This document shows positions 9,565-19,222 of a DNA stretch of 64,000 nucleotides, piece by piece; position 1 is the first letter of the stretch, and each line of letters opens with the position of its first letter. The stretch is from Planctomycetota bacterium (GTDB lineage: Bacteria; Planctomycetota; MHYJ01; WSZJ01). Under the pieces are notes generated by a model that saw nothing but the letters and a program-made list of their open reading frames with translations, did not search any database and had not been told where the DNA came from. Location: assembly GCA_038060895.1 (NCBI GenBank), contig JBBTCT010000002.1, forward strand, positions 128,001 to 192,000. Reading direction: 5' to 3'. Both the position numbers and the translations under genes were made by a program.

Positions 9565-10290
9565 CTAGAGAATCGCGGCTGAAGGGCTCGTTTTCAGCAG
9601 TGCGACGATTTTCAATACTGCTTGATTCGCCGAGTCCCTGGCCTTGGCGGCAAACGAGGAAATTGACTCATCATCAAGGACGCCGTCCCAGCGGAATTCG
9701 GCTGGAATGAATGGTTCCGGCAAATTGGCAATCGGACCCTTCCCTTGGACGATTACTGACTCCAAGTCCGCGTGTTGACACCTCCCTCGGAGATCTCGAA
9801 TCCTGTTCAGCCAGCCAAGGGTCCCCGGATCGACCAAGTGGTTCTTGATTGCGCATGGCTTGGAGATCGCACGCTCTATCAGGAAGAGATTCACACCCTT
9901 TGGATTGAGCCCGAGATGGTAGACGTCATTCAGAATGCGAGACAACCCATCTGTCATGTTGGAGCAGCCCGCGACGAGGCCATCAAAGGTCAAGTACACG
10001 AAGGAGAGAAGTGCCGGGAGACTGGCGAGCGAAATCTCGCAGTCCTGATAGACGAAGGTCGACCTCAGTCTTCCGCTCGGCTGAGGAGATCCAAGGTCAT
10101 AAGCTTCGCTCCACTTCACGCTCTTCAGAAACTCAAATTGAAAATCGATGAACTGGGAGCGGCGAATAATCCCCTTTGCCTTCGCGGAAATTTGGCTGAC
10201 TTCATGAGCTGGAAGAGAGTTACGCCTGCGGAGCGCCTCGACCTCGAGGAGGGGAACGAGGGCATCCAGGTCCTGTTTCACGGTGTTCAA
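9565..10290 (-). CDS. HEPN-domain protein (Cthe_2314-like), predicted RNase
   Basis: All-helical; D-x3-R-I-L-N helix, then WLNRIRDLRGRCQH with Rx4H at 9772..9789. GTGA overlap with the STAND gene. Confidence 0.65.
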   Translation of the reverse strand: MNTVKQDLDALVPLLEVEALRRRNSLPAHEVSQISAKAKGIIRRSQFIDFQFEFLKSVKWSEAYDLGSPQPSGRLRSTFVYQDCEISLASLPALLSFVYLTFDGLVAGCSNMTDGLSRILNDVYHLGLNPKGVNLFLIERAISKPCAIKNHLVDPGTLGWLNRIRDLRGRCQHADLESVIVQGKGPIANLPEPFIPAEFRWDGVLDDESISSFAAKARDSANQAVLKIVALLKTSPSAAIL

Positions 10291-13200
10291 AAGTCGAGCT
10301 CCGCGTCATCCGCAAGTGAATCATCGATCATCCGTTGGGCCGAAGCGCGAAGCTCCTCGTAGAAATTCCGGACTCTGTGATCGGCCTCATATTCTTGCGC
10401 GAGTTTGGTTGCCCTCTCCTTGTCCTTGACCCATCGCGGCGGCGGTTCTCCGAAAGAGGAATTCCAGCCACTTGAAGACGCTGCAGAGTAGAGATAGCTC
10501 ATGACTGCTTTTCGCTCTTCATCCGGCAGGAGCTTGTACGCGCGATGAATGATGTCTGCAACCAAGTCATGGGCGTCGTAGATGACATCATGCCCCTGAC
10601 CGGCGACAACTTTCGCCACCATCTTTATGTGTGAGGAGGACTCTCGGAGGAATGCCTCCAACGTCGGCTTCAAGTTCGAGAACTCCGGAGCGACCGAATT
10701 GATCAGTTGTGGTACCCACTGGGAGTACCTCCAAGAGCGCTTCTTCATCAGAAGCAGCGCACCAACCAAGCTCCGCGTTACCTCAGGTCGAAGCGCGTCT
10801 TCGCCAAGGTCGAGCATGGCGACGGCATCACTCGGCAAAGGTTCGAAGGCTTTGTTCCCGGCGGCCTCGCATTTCTGAGCCCCCTTTGAAATCCGACTCA
10901 GGAACAGCCTGACCGTCCTTGCCGGACGGATGGACTTGGCAGCCTTGAGGAAAAGAAAGATATGAAGCGACTGATGACTGATCCCCGGCAGGTTCTCAAG
11001 GCGTGCGAGAAGCTTGTCAACCTGTGATTTCTTGAGCTCGGAATAACGGATTCCGAGCGTGTCGTGAAAGACGCTAAGTTGCCCATCAACCTCTTCCTCA
11101 GTCCTGCCGGACAGGCTCATGACTAGGGGAATTGACTCAGCAGGATGTCCCTTCGCAAGTCGGGATAGTGCGTGGAGCGCTGCGACCCTCACGTTCAGGT
11201 CCCTGTCGCGGCACAAACGTTCAACGGCTTCGTACCGCACCAGATCATGGTCGCCGGGCTTTGACATCCACCGAATCGACTCCGCGGCTTCACGTCGAAT
11301 CTCTCGCGATCTATCAGCGCAGAGAACAGTCAGGGCACTCTTGAACGCTTCTGGTGAGGTACTCCGCAAGTCGACAAGAGACTGCGTGATGCCCGAGTAG
11401 AGCAGCCGGAGGCGCCGTGAGGTGATGGCTTTCAGCATTTGGACCGTGCGCCCAACCTCACTCCTTCCCAGGGCTGTGAGAGTGTCTTGCAGTGCCCCGC
11501 GGGTTATGTCGAGGTATTTGCAGAGCTCCGAGAGGACGACGTTGAGATGCTCCACAACGGCTTCGATTGAGCCCGCAGCTTCCTCGAGCGTGGACAGCGC
11601 TTGCTTGAGTCCCGCCAACTCGACCGCTAGAGCTTCCGGCGTCCTGGGCATCCAAGATTTTCGTGCAACGAACTGGAATAGCGCGTGATCAGGCCCCGCT
11701 GGAACTGCTTCCGCGGCAGCATGGATCGCTTCCAGAGCATCGGGCCAGCCCGCCTCTTCGTGATTCAAAAGTCGGTACTTGATCGCAAAGCGGAGCGCGG
11801 CATTCGGGGTCCTGCTTGCGATTGAAACCAGGCGTTTCAGCACGTCCACCACTTCGGGGAACCATGCATCAAGTTCCTCTTTGTCGACGCGGCGAACGAA
11901 TGAGGTTTCAGGCTGATACAGGAGCCCTGTCAAGGTGGTCAGTGCCAGCTTGGCGTTCGTGGCGTCCCCCTTGCTCACTAGCTCCGCCAACAGGTCTAGC
12001 GCCAACGCTCGATGTGCTCCCAATTTGTCTGCGAGTTTCGCCATGGACCAAGGACGAATCGTCAGATTGGAAGCGGTCGAGGTGACCTGTGAAATCTCCC
12101 GCTTGAGTGCTTCCTTCAGGACATCGAAGAGCCAGTCAAGGTCATCAGGCTCTGTCATCCTTGTCCGGGCGAAGGTCGCGACGGCATCGAGCGTCGCCGC
12201 TGAGATCGTAAGAGCGTCCTCTGTTCGGAACAGGAACCGGTGGTCGTACTGGACTGCCTTGCGAAGCGCGTCAAGCACGGTGTCGGGAGTTCCCGATTTC
12301 ACTCCGAGGAGTTGGATCAGTTCGCAGAGTCGAGTTGCTGCGATGGCTGCATGTTGCGGATGAAGCAACACGAGGGATAAAAGGGCCGGTGCACGATCGA
12401 GCGCGCGAAGCGGATCGTCCTTGACTCCCCACATGTGGGCGCTTGCATCTCTTGGAGCCCGAGGGCCGTGGGTCACGATCTCAAGGATCTGTAGGATCGC
12501 CTCGGGCTGGAAGATGGCCACTTTCTGCAGTTCTGTCAGGAGTTCCCACCGAGCGATGTTCGTCATTCGCGGAATCTGGTTGAAGGTTGACTTCCAGAAT
12601 TCCGCGAGTAGCACGTTGTCAACCTGAGCGTGGGTCCGAAATCGAAGTCGGTACTCGAGATTGCCTAGATTCTCAAGGAGGTTTCCGAAGAACGTCTTTC
12701 GGAAAGCTTCGAGCCACAGATCCACTATGCCCGTGGGCTTGTCCATTCGGTTGAGAGCCGACTTCAGGACTAGGTGATCCGCTAGTACGTCAGGCAGGAT
12801 GCGCACGAGCCTGCCACGACGCAGAAACAATCCTGCACGCTCGAGGTTTCCAAGCGTCTGGACGAGTTCTGGAGCGCCAACCTTTAGAAAGGTCGCGAGC
12901 AGATCCACGTGGACCTTGTCTTCCGGTCTGAACGGTGCGACCGCGGCAAGCGTTCCCAGCAACGCATCCGTGTTAAGGGATTGCGAAATCCCCGCCCGAA
13001 CGTCGTCGCTGATGATCCTGTCAAGCGCTGCAGAGCGGAACGCGCTTGGATCCTCTGCCAAGAGATTTGGAGGCAACAGTCCGCGAGCAAGGCAAGCGCC
13101 GCCGACCGTGACGATAAGCGGAACTCCGTCGGAAGCTGCCACCAACTGGTCGGCGAATCCGGCTGCAGCTTTGCCGAGCGCGGCCTTTGCGAGAAGCAGC

Positions 13201-14147
13201 TGATCCGCCGGATTACTGAGCGGGCCGAGGCGAACGGCATGCGATAGCTTGCCGTCCTCAACGACTCGCAATTGCGCTAGAACCTGCTGCATCCCAAGAG
13301 GTCTTGTGGAAAGAATGAACGCACAGTCTGGCCGAACTCCCAGCACGGCTGCGATAACCTCCTCCAGGTCGTCGCGATGATGCGCGTCGTCGAACACGAT
13401 GACCACCTTGCCTCCGGGCAACTCTCGTAGGTGTTCCCTGGTCCACTGAGCACCTGAGGAGACGAGCCGGACCGTCTGTGCTCCGAGTTTGACCTCGATC
13501 CTCTTTGCGACTTCCAAGAGAAGGCGAGACTTTCCTACGCCGCCGGCTCCCTCGATCAAGATCGCCCTGCGGCCGCCTAGGATCGCCATTTCCACTTCTT
13601 GGGTTTGTTCTTCCCGGCCGAAGAGGGCAAGCGAGTGATTGAACACGTTCGTCGAATCGAGGTAAGGCGCGAAGTGGTCGGTCAGGATCTGAAAAAACCG
13701 CGGCGTCTGACTCCTAGTCAGATAGCCCGCAACCGACGCCAGGCAGCTTTTCACGACGTCGGCAAGCGGCACCGAGTCCCAGACACAGGACGCTCCGACT
13801 TCCCGCCTGAATTCTGCGACCGGCACCTCGTCGCCCTTCGACGGCGGCGGTGCATCGGCGATGACACAGACGAACACTGGTCTCTTGATAGCCCTTGCTG
13901 CCTGGAACTCGCTGTGAGTGTACGAGAGCGTTGAGTTGGGAACCCGCGAGCCATATCTGGTGCCGAAGAGGAGGACGACCGCGTCAGACTCACGAACGGC
14001 CGCCAGACATTCTTCGAGGGGCGGGTTCGGCCTGGAGCCAAAGTGCTCTTGCATGATGGGCTGATGTCCCGACTTGGCTAGCCCATTTGCGAGGTCCTTT
14101 CGGACATCTTCCAGGCCTTCGATCACCGAACTGATGAAAACCTTCAT
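10287..14147 (-). CDS. DUF4062 (TIR-like) - STAND NTPase - helical repeat protein (Avs-like)
   Basis: MKVFISS...CLAAVRESD...GTRYGS...SYTHSEF (DUF4062); FGRE; Walker A GAGGVGKS; Walker B VIVFDDAH; GVPL; ILPDVLADH; HEAT-like C-terminus. Confidence 0.85.
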   Translation of the reverse strand: MKVFISSVIEGLEDVRKDLANGLAKSGHQPIMQEHFGSRPNPPLEECLAAVRESDAVVLLFGTRYGSRVPNSTLSYTHSEFQAARAIKRPVFVCVIADAPPPSKGDEVPVAEFRREVGASCVWDSVPLADVVKSCLASVAGYLTRSQTPRFFQILTDHFAPYLDSTNVFNHSLALFGREEQTQEVEMAILGGRRAILIEGAGGVGKSRLLLEVAKRIEVKLGAQTVRLVSSGAQWTREHLRELPGGKVVIVFDDAHHRDDLEEVIAAVLGVRPDCAFILSTRPLGMQQVLAQLRVVEDGKLSHAVRLGPLSNPADQLLLAKAALGKAAAGFADQLVAASDGVPLIVTVGGACLARGLLPPNLLAEDPSAFRSAALDRIISDDVRAGISQSLNTDALLGTLAAVAPFRPEDKVHVDLLATFLKVGAPELVQTLGNLERAGLFLRRGRLVRILPDVLADHLVLKSALNRMDKPTGIVDLWLEAFRKTFFGNLLENLGNLEYRLRFRTHAQVDNVLLAEFWKSTFNQIPRMTNIARWELLTELQKVAIFQPEAILQILEIVTHGPRAPRDASAHMWGVKDDPLRALDRAPALLSLVLLHPQHAAIAATRLCELIQLLGVKSGTPDTVLDALRKAVQYDHRFLFRTEDALTISAATLDAVATFARTRMTEPDDLDWLFDVLKEALKREISQVTSTASNLTIRPWSMAKLADKLGAHRALALDLLAELVSKGDATNAKLALTTLTGLLYQPETSFVRRVDKEELDAWFPEVVDVLKRLVSIASRTPNAALRFAIKYRLLNHEEAGWPDALEAIHAAAEAVPAGPDHALFQFVARKSWMPRTPEALAVELAGLKQALSTLEEAAGSIEAVVEHLNVVLSELCKYLDITRGALQDTLTALGRSEVGRTVQMLKAITSRRLRLLYSGITQSLVDLRSTSPEAFKSALTVLCADRSREIRREAAESIRWMSKPGDHDLVRYEAVERLCRDRDLNVRVAALHALSRLAKGHPAESIPLVMSLSGRTEEEVDGQLSVFHDTLGIRYSELKKSQVDKLLARLENLPGISHQSLHIFLFLKAAKSIRPARTVRLFLSRISKGAQKCEAAGNKAFEPLPSDAVAMLDLGEDALRPEVTRSLVGALLLMKKRSWRYSQWVPQLINSVAPEFSNLKPTLEAFLRESSSHIKMVAKVVAGQGHDVIYDAHDLVADIIHRAYKLLPDEERKAVMSYLYSAASSSGWNSSFGEPPPRWVKDKERATKLAQEYEADHRVRNFYEELRASAQRMIDDSLADDAELDF

Positions 14148-14260
14148 TTCGCGTGTACTTCCTCGTTTCAGCGAGTCTCAACCAGAAGCTCAGGGTCTGG
14201 CACAGTCACTGAATTCACCTCGTCTACTCAGGACAGGGACCTCGCGCTCGAGTGAATCTG

Positions 14261-15310
14261 CTACTTGAATTTTGTCACACGTGAGGCGGCGAGCAACTCT
14301 TCAAGGGTAAGGGACCTTGAACCCATCGTTCCAGCAGTGAAGCGGTTCTTGATCTCAGCTCGGCTCAGTTGGTCTTTCGTGACCGGAGCTGGAAACACGA
14401 GGTACGGCGGTCCGAGCAGCATCACCAGGGTTTCCTTTCCTCCCATGTATCTTCGTACGAGTTCGGAGACTCGGAGGTAAGCATCGACGCCGTTAGCGCG
14501 AAGAAACGGGCGAAGGTCTGACATTGGCACGACCTGAATCTGCTCGATTCTTGCGAGGTATGAGATCCCCTCGCCGAAAGGGACGACCGTGATCTCCTTA
14601 AGGGCCCATTGCGCCCGAGCCGTGAAATACGGCGCGAAGTACAGGTTCCCCTGGGCAGAGTTCAAGAATCGGGGCTGGCAGGTCCAGATCTGATGTCGGA
14701 AGAACATCGTCGCCGACTCAGGGTCGCTTACATCTCTCGTGTAGATCTCCTTTGATTCGTTCTTGGTCATGCCTTCCGCCTCCAAGTGGGTCAGCAAGTC
14801 GCAGGCGATGCCGTACCCGACAGGATCCGCTTTAGCAGGAGATCGCAGGCCTCGAATCCGTGAGCAAGCGGCCGCAATGTCATCCCAGGTCCTGCGCTTC
14901 AGCCATTTCACCTGCCTCGCAAGCGTTCGGCTGAGATCACTCAAGCCTTGAGCATGCCACGAACCGTCGTCCACGATGACCAGCCCCGGCCGCCGGCCAT
15001 ACTTTTTACGGACGCTCCTGACGTAGTCCTCGAGCTGGTCGAATCGCTGCCGAAGCCCGAGCTTCCCCTCGAGAACCACCGGGTCACGCTCGGAATCGAA
15101 GAGCAGGTCGAATCGGTCTCCCTCGTCAGTTTCCTCGACCCGCACCTGGTACTGGCGATGGTTCCGGAGTCCGAGGGCGGGAAGCAGCGCTTCGGGAAAT
15201 CTGCCGCAGAGAAAACCCAGAGCAGCGGTGAGCCGTGTCTCGCGAACGCTGCCGAGTGCCGAGAGGAAAGAAGTCACTTGCTTGTCAGCGCGGAAAACTG
15301 AGAGGGGCAT
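14261..15310 (-). CDS. PD-(D/E)XK nuclease with uncharacterised C-terminal domain
   Basis: ETRLTAAL helix, then RFDLLF...VVLEGK...QLEDY and TWDDI, typical of PD-(D/E)XK superfamily 4-like nucleases. Confidence 0.7.
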   Translation of the reverse strand: MPLSVFRADKQVTSFLSALGSVRETRLTAALGFLCGRFPEALLPALGLRNHRQYQVRVEETDEGDRFDLLFDSERDPVVLEGKLGLRQRFDQLEDYVRSVRKKYGRRPGLVIVDDGSWHAQGLSDLSRTLARQVKWLKRRTWDDIAAACSRIRGLRSPAKADPVGYGIACDLLTHLEAEGMTKNESKEIYTRDVSDPESATMFFRHQIWTCQPRFLNSAQGNLYFAPYFTARAQWALKEITVVPFGEGISYLARIEQIQVVPMSDLRPFLRANGVDAYLRVSELVRRYMGGKETLVMLLGPPYLVFPAPVTKDQLSRAEIKNRFTAGTMGSRSLTLEELLAASRVTKFK

Positions 15311-15518
15311 TCGCGTCTCTTCGATGAACTACGAATCGGGTCCGATGCTGAGGTTGGATCGGATGGTACCGAAATCGAGGAGGCGACCATCACGGGAGGT
15401 GATCTCCCGGCCGGAGTTGGAATCGCGCCGGGAATCCAGAATCTCGCCGCGCCCTCCGGTAGGAAGGGTGTCAGAAAACCGAGCCGAGCCCGGCCAGTTC
15501 TTCGTTGCCAGAAAAGTA

Positions 15519-15583
15519 GCTCCCCAGGGAGGACTCGAACTCGCATTCAGCTTCCAAGCCGTACCAATCCGGCCTACCAGGGA
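15519..15583 (-). pseudogene. degenerate tRNA-like relic / att-like 3' end of tRNA-Asn
   Basis: Minus strand ends GTTCGAGTCCTCCCTGGGGAGC (T-loop plus 3' acceptor strand). TCCCTGG and GCCG-GATTGGTA-CGGC lie upstream, but there is no anticodon arm and the T-stem is broken. Confidence 0.5.
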
Positions 15584-15620
15584 TGACCCCTCCCGCGCCG
15601 TGGGTTAGAGTGTCCGCGCC

Positions 15621-16370
15621 ATGGCCATCCTCCCTTTCCAGGACCGTGTCGCCCTCGTCACCGGCGCTTCCCGCGGCATCGGCCGGGGCATCGCGCTTGC
15701 GCTCGGGCGCGCGGGAGCGACGGTGGTGGTGAACTACCGGACGCGCGAAGCGGACGCCGAAAAGGTCGTTTCTGAAATAAAAACATCGGGCGGGAGGGCG
15801 CGGGTCTGGCGCGCGAACGTGGCGGACCGGGAGGACGCGCCGAAGATGGTGGACGGGGTGGCGGCGGAGTTCGGGCGGCTGGACATCCTGGTGAACAACG
15901 CGGGGGTGCTGAAGGACGGGCCGCTGATGATGATGAGCGACGCGCAGTGGGACGACGTCGTGCGGCCGGCGCTGGACGGGGCGTTTTTGTGCTCGCGGGC
16001 GGCGATGCGGCCGATGATCGAGCGGCGGAGCGGGGCGATCCTGAATGTTTCGAGCGTCAGCTGGCGGGTCGGGGTGCCGGGGCAGACGAACTATGCGACG
16101 GCGAAGGCGGGGCTGGTGGGGTTCACGCGGGCGCTGGCGGCGGAGGTTGCGCGCTTCAACATCCGCGTGAACGCGATCGCTCCGGGGCTGGTGGACACGG
16201 AGATGTCGGAGCAGGTGCCGGAGAAGATGCGGAAGAAGATCCTGGAAATCGTGCCGCTGGGGCGAGCGGCTACGGTGGACGAAGTGGTAGGGCCGGCGAT
16301 GTTCCTGCTCGGGGATGGGGCGTCGTATATCACGGGGAAGGTGCTGGATGTGGATGGCGGGATGAGTTAG
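15621..16370 (+). CDS. fabG: 3-oxoacyl-ACP reductase (SDR)
   Basis: TGASRGIG, NNAG, YATAK, IAPGLVDTEM, VDGG. Confidence 0.9.
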   Translation: MAILPFQDRVALVTGASRGIGRGIALALGRAGATVVVNYRTREADAEKVVSEIKTSGGRARVWRANVADREDAPKMVDGVAAEFGRLDILVNNAGVLKDGPLMMMSDAQWDDVVRPALDGAFLCSRAAMRPMIERRSGAILNVSSVSWRVGVPGQTNYATAKAGLVGFTRALAAEVARFNIRVNAIAPGLVDTEMSEQVPEKMRKKILEIVPLGRAATVDEVVGPAMFLLGDGASYITGKVLDVDGGMS

Positions 16371-16417
16371 CGGAAACAGCCGCGGATAGGACCTCGAAGT
16401 AGACTGGTGAGAGATTC

Positions 16418-17626
16418 ATGACACGCCCCCGCATCCTGGTCACCGGAGTAGGACTGATCACGGCCCTCGGCCCCGACGCCGAGGCCTGCTGGTCCGCCAT
16501 CGTGCGGGGCAAGTGCGGGATCGGCCCGGTCGATCTCTTTGACGTCTCGCCGTACGTGGGGAAAGTCGGCGCGCAGATCCGGTTCCCGCTTCCCTTGCCC
16601 AGGCTCTCCCGGGCGGACCAGCGGCGCCTGTCGCGCTGCGACCTGATCGGGCTGGCGGCGGCGGAGGAAGCGCTGAATGACGCCGGCAACCCGGTGCGCG
16701 ACGACCGCTTCGGCCTTGCCGTCGGCGCTGGTGCGGGCGGGATGTTCGACGCGGAGCGGTACCACGAGCGGTTCGTGAAGGACGGGCCCGGGACGCGCGC
16801 GCCGCTTCGCGACCTCTCGTCGTTCCTGCCGGACGCGACTGCGGAGTGGATCGGTCGGGCGTTCGGACTGGCGGGGCCGAGGGTCACGGTGGCGACGGCG
16901 TGCTCTTCGAGCGCGACGGCGATCGGAATCGGGGCGGACTGGATCCGGAGCGGAAGAGCGGACCGGGTGCTGTGCGGCGGCGCGGACGCGCTGTCGCGCG
17001 TGACGTGGGGCGGGTTCAATGCGCTGCGCGCGGTGGACCCGGGGCGGTGCCGGCCGTTCGACAGGGCGCGCGGCGGGATTTCGCTGGGCGAGGGCGCCGG
17101 GTTCCTCGTGCTCGAGCGCGAGGATCTCGTGAGAACGAAGCCGCGCGCGGTGTTCGGCGGATACGGCGTCACTTCGGACGCCTTCCACATGACCAACCCG
17201 CACCCCGAGGGCGCGAGCGCTTCCGCCGCGATCCGCGCGGCGCTTGCCGATGCGGGGATCGCCCCGGGCGACGTCGATTACGTGAACGCCCACGGGACCG
17301 GCACGCCCGCCAACGACACCGCGGAGTCGAAGGCGATCCGCGCGGCGCTGGGCGAAGCGACGCGCGCGTGCGTCTCCTCGACGAAGTCGCAGGTCGGCCA
17401 CACGCTCGGCGCCGCGGGCGGCGTCGAGGCCGCCGTCACCGTGCTCGCCGTCGAGCGCGGCGTCGCGCCCCCCAACGTCACCACGTCCGAAATCGATCCC
17501 GCCTGCCTCCCCGTCGACGTCGTCCTCGGCGAAGGACGCCCGCTGGCCATCCGCCACGCCGTCTCGAACTCGTTCGCGTTCGGCGGGAACAATTGCGCGC
17601 TCGTCTTCTCGAAGGTGGCGCCATGA
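16418..17626 (+). CDS. fabF: beta-ketoacyl-ACP synthase (active KS)
   Basis: Catalytic triad present: TACSSS, NAHGTGT, KSQVGHTLG; ends NSFAFGGNN. Confidence 0.9.
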   Translation: MTRPRILVTGVGLITALGPDAEACWSAIVRGKCGIGPVDLFDVSPYVGKVGAQIRFPLPLPRLSRADQRRLSRCDLIGLAAAEEALNDAGNPVRDDRFGLAVGAGAGGMFDAERYHERFVKDGPGTRAPLRDLSSFLPDATAEWIGRAFGLAGPRVTVATACSSSATAIGIGADWIRSGRADRVLCGGADALSRVTWGGFNALRAVDPGRCRPFDRARGGISLGEGAGFLVLEREDLVRTKPRAVFGGYGVTSDAFHMTNPHPEGASASAAIRAALADAGIAPGDVDYVNAHGTGTPANDTAESKAIRAALGEATRACVSSTKSQVGHTLGAAGGVEAAVTVLAVERGVAPPNVTTSEIDPACLPVDVVLGEGRPLAIRHAVSNSFAFGGNNCALVFSKVAP

Positions 17627-18792
17627 CGCGCATCGTCGCGACCGGCGCCGGCGTCCTCGCTTCCCCAGGAGTCGGGCGCGAGGAATTCTGGAGAGGAATC
17701 CTCGCAGGCGGGCGCGGGCCTTCGAAGGTCGCAGGATGGACGCTTCGACCCGGTGCGCCGGAGCTCGTGTTCCAGGTGCCGGAATTCGACACGAAGACGT
17801 GGATCGCGCCGGCGGCGATCCGGCGGCTGGACCGCACGGGGATTTTCGCGATCGTCGCGGCAAAGCTCGCGCTCGCCGATGCGCGGCTCGACCTGCCGCT
17901 TCACAGGGTCGCGATCGTCGTCGGGGCGGGAGGCTGCGGCGTCACGACGACGACCGGCTTTCACCGGCGCCTTGTCGAGACCGCGGGCACCGACCCGAAT
18001 CCGATGGCGTTCCCGAACACGGTTCCCAACGCCGCCGCCGGCCAGCTGGCCATCGCGACCGGGATCACCGGCTTCAACACGACGCTCGTCCAGACGGGAG
18101 CTTCGGGCGAAGAGGCCCTCGTGCTGGCCGCCGATCTCCTCGCGCAGGGGCGCTGCGACGCGGCGGTCGCGGGCGGCATCGACGAACTTTCCTCGATGAT
18201 GCACCACGCGCTTCACCGCCTCGGCGGACTTTCGCGCACCGCCTGCCGTCCGTTCGACCGCGCGGCCGACGGGACGATGCTTGCCGAGGACGCGGGGCTC
18301 ATCGTGCTGGAGCGGCTCGGGGACGCGAAGAAGCGCGGCGCGCGCGCGCTGGCCGAGCTTGCCGGCTACGGGCGCGCCAGCTCGCCCGCCCGCCCGCTCG
18401 CGTACGGTCCCGCGGCCGCCGCTGCCTCAGCCATCGAATCCGCGCTCGCACGCGCCGGTGTCGCGGCTTCCGACGTCGCCTGGGTCAATTCCGCCGCGAA
18501 CGGCGTCTCCGACGCGCGATGCGCGGCGGCGATCCGCGCCGCGTTGCCGCGTGCCGCGGTCTCCTCGGTCGCCGGAAGCTGCGGCGAGGGACTCGCCATC
18601 GGCGGCGTCCGGGCGGCCGCTTCGGTGTGCGCCGTCGCGGAAGCGACGATCCCGCCGGTTGCAAATCTGCGCGAGCCGGCGTTTGAACTCGACTTAGTTC
18701 GCGAAGCCCGCCCGCTGAAAGGCGCCGTCGTGCAGCACGGCGCCGGGACCGGCGGCGTGGATCTTGCGATTGTCTGGAGGAGCCATGCCTGA
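17623..18792 (+). CDS. catalytically inactive KS homologue (chain-length-factor-like)
   Basis: ATGA-coupled to the KS. KS fold (FPNTVPNAAAG, CRPFD), but the triad is replaced: QTGASG, NSAANG, GSCGEG. Confidence 0.8.
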   Translation: MTRIVATGAGVLASPGVGREEFWRGILAGGRGPSKVAGWTLRPGAPELVFQVPEFDTKTWIAPAAIRRLDRTGIFAIVAAKLALADARLDLPLHRVAIVVGAGGCGVTTTTGFHRRLVETAGTDPNPMAFPNTVPNAAAGQLAIATGITGFNTTLVQTGASGEEALVLAADLLAQGRCDAAVAGGIDELSSMMHHALHRLGGLSRTACRPFDRAADGTMLAEDAGLIVLERLGDAKKRGARALAELAGYGRASSPARPLAYGPAAAAASAIESALARAGVAASDVAWVNSAANGVSDARCAAAIRAALPRAAVSSVAGSCGEGLAIGGVRAAASVCAVAEATIPPVANLREPAFELDLVREARPLKGAVVQHGAGTGGVDLAIVWRSHA

Positions 18793-19222
18793 AGCGAATC
18801 CGCACGTCACGGAAGTCCTGGTCAGGCTCTCGGAAACCGACGAGTTCGGCGTGGTCTGGCACGGGAATTACGCGCTGTACTTCGAGGTCGCGCGGACCGA
18901 GATGGCCCGCGCGTTCGGGCTCACTTCCAGGGAATTGAAAGCGCTCGGTTTTTTCCCCCCCGTCATCGAGCTCGCCGTCCAGTGCCGCCTCCCCGCGCGC
19001 AACGACGACGTTCTCCTCGTCGCCTGCACGGTCGATGTGCTCGAAACCGCTTCCATCACCGTCCGCTACCGCGTGACGCGCAAGGCCGACGGCGCGCTCA
19101 TCGCGACCGGTCACACGCGGCAGGCGGTCGTGAACGACAAGGGATTCCTGATGTACGAGCTCCCGGAAGCGCTCGCGTCGAGGGTCCGGGCGCTCGCCGA
19201 GGCGCACTCGACCGGGAAGTAA
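18785..19222 (+). CDS. hot-dog fold acyl-CoA/ACP thioesterase (YbgC/4HBT family)
   Basis: VRLSETDEFGVVWHGNYALYFEVAR. Confidence 0.9.
   Translation: MPEANPHVTEVLVRLSETDEFGVVWHGNYALYFEVARTEMARAFGLTSRELKALGFFPPVIELAVQCRLPARNDDVLLVACTVDVLETASITVRYRVTRKADGALIATGHTRQAVVNDKGFLMYELPEALASRVRALAEAHSTGK

Larger units (their letters stand above)
9400..15600. mobile_element. lower-GC genomic island (putative defence island); no integrase seen
   Basis: Visibly more A/T-ending codons than the flanks; three co-oriented conflict-type genes; tRNA-like relic at the right edge. Borders are approximate. Confidence 0.6.

Noticed and set aside
15519-15583. functional tRNA gene
   Set aside because: Too short, no anticodon arm, and the T-stem cannot pair.
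15621-19222. ladderane biosynthesis cluster
   Set aside because: No radical SAM, methyltransferase, desaturase-like or ACP genes in the window.
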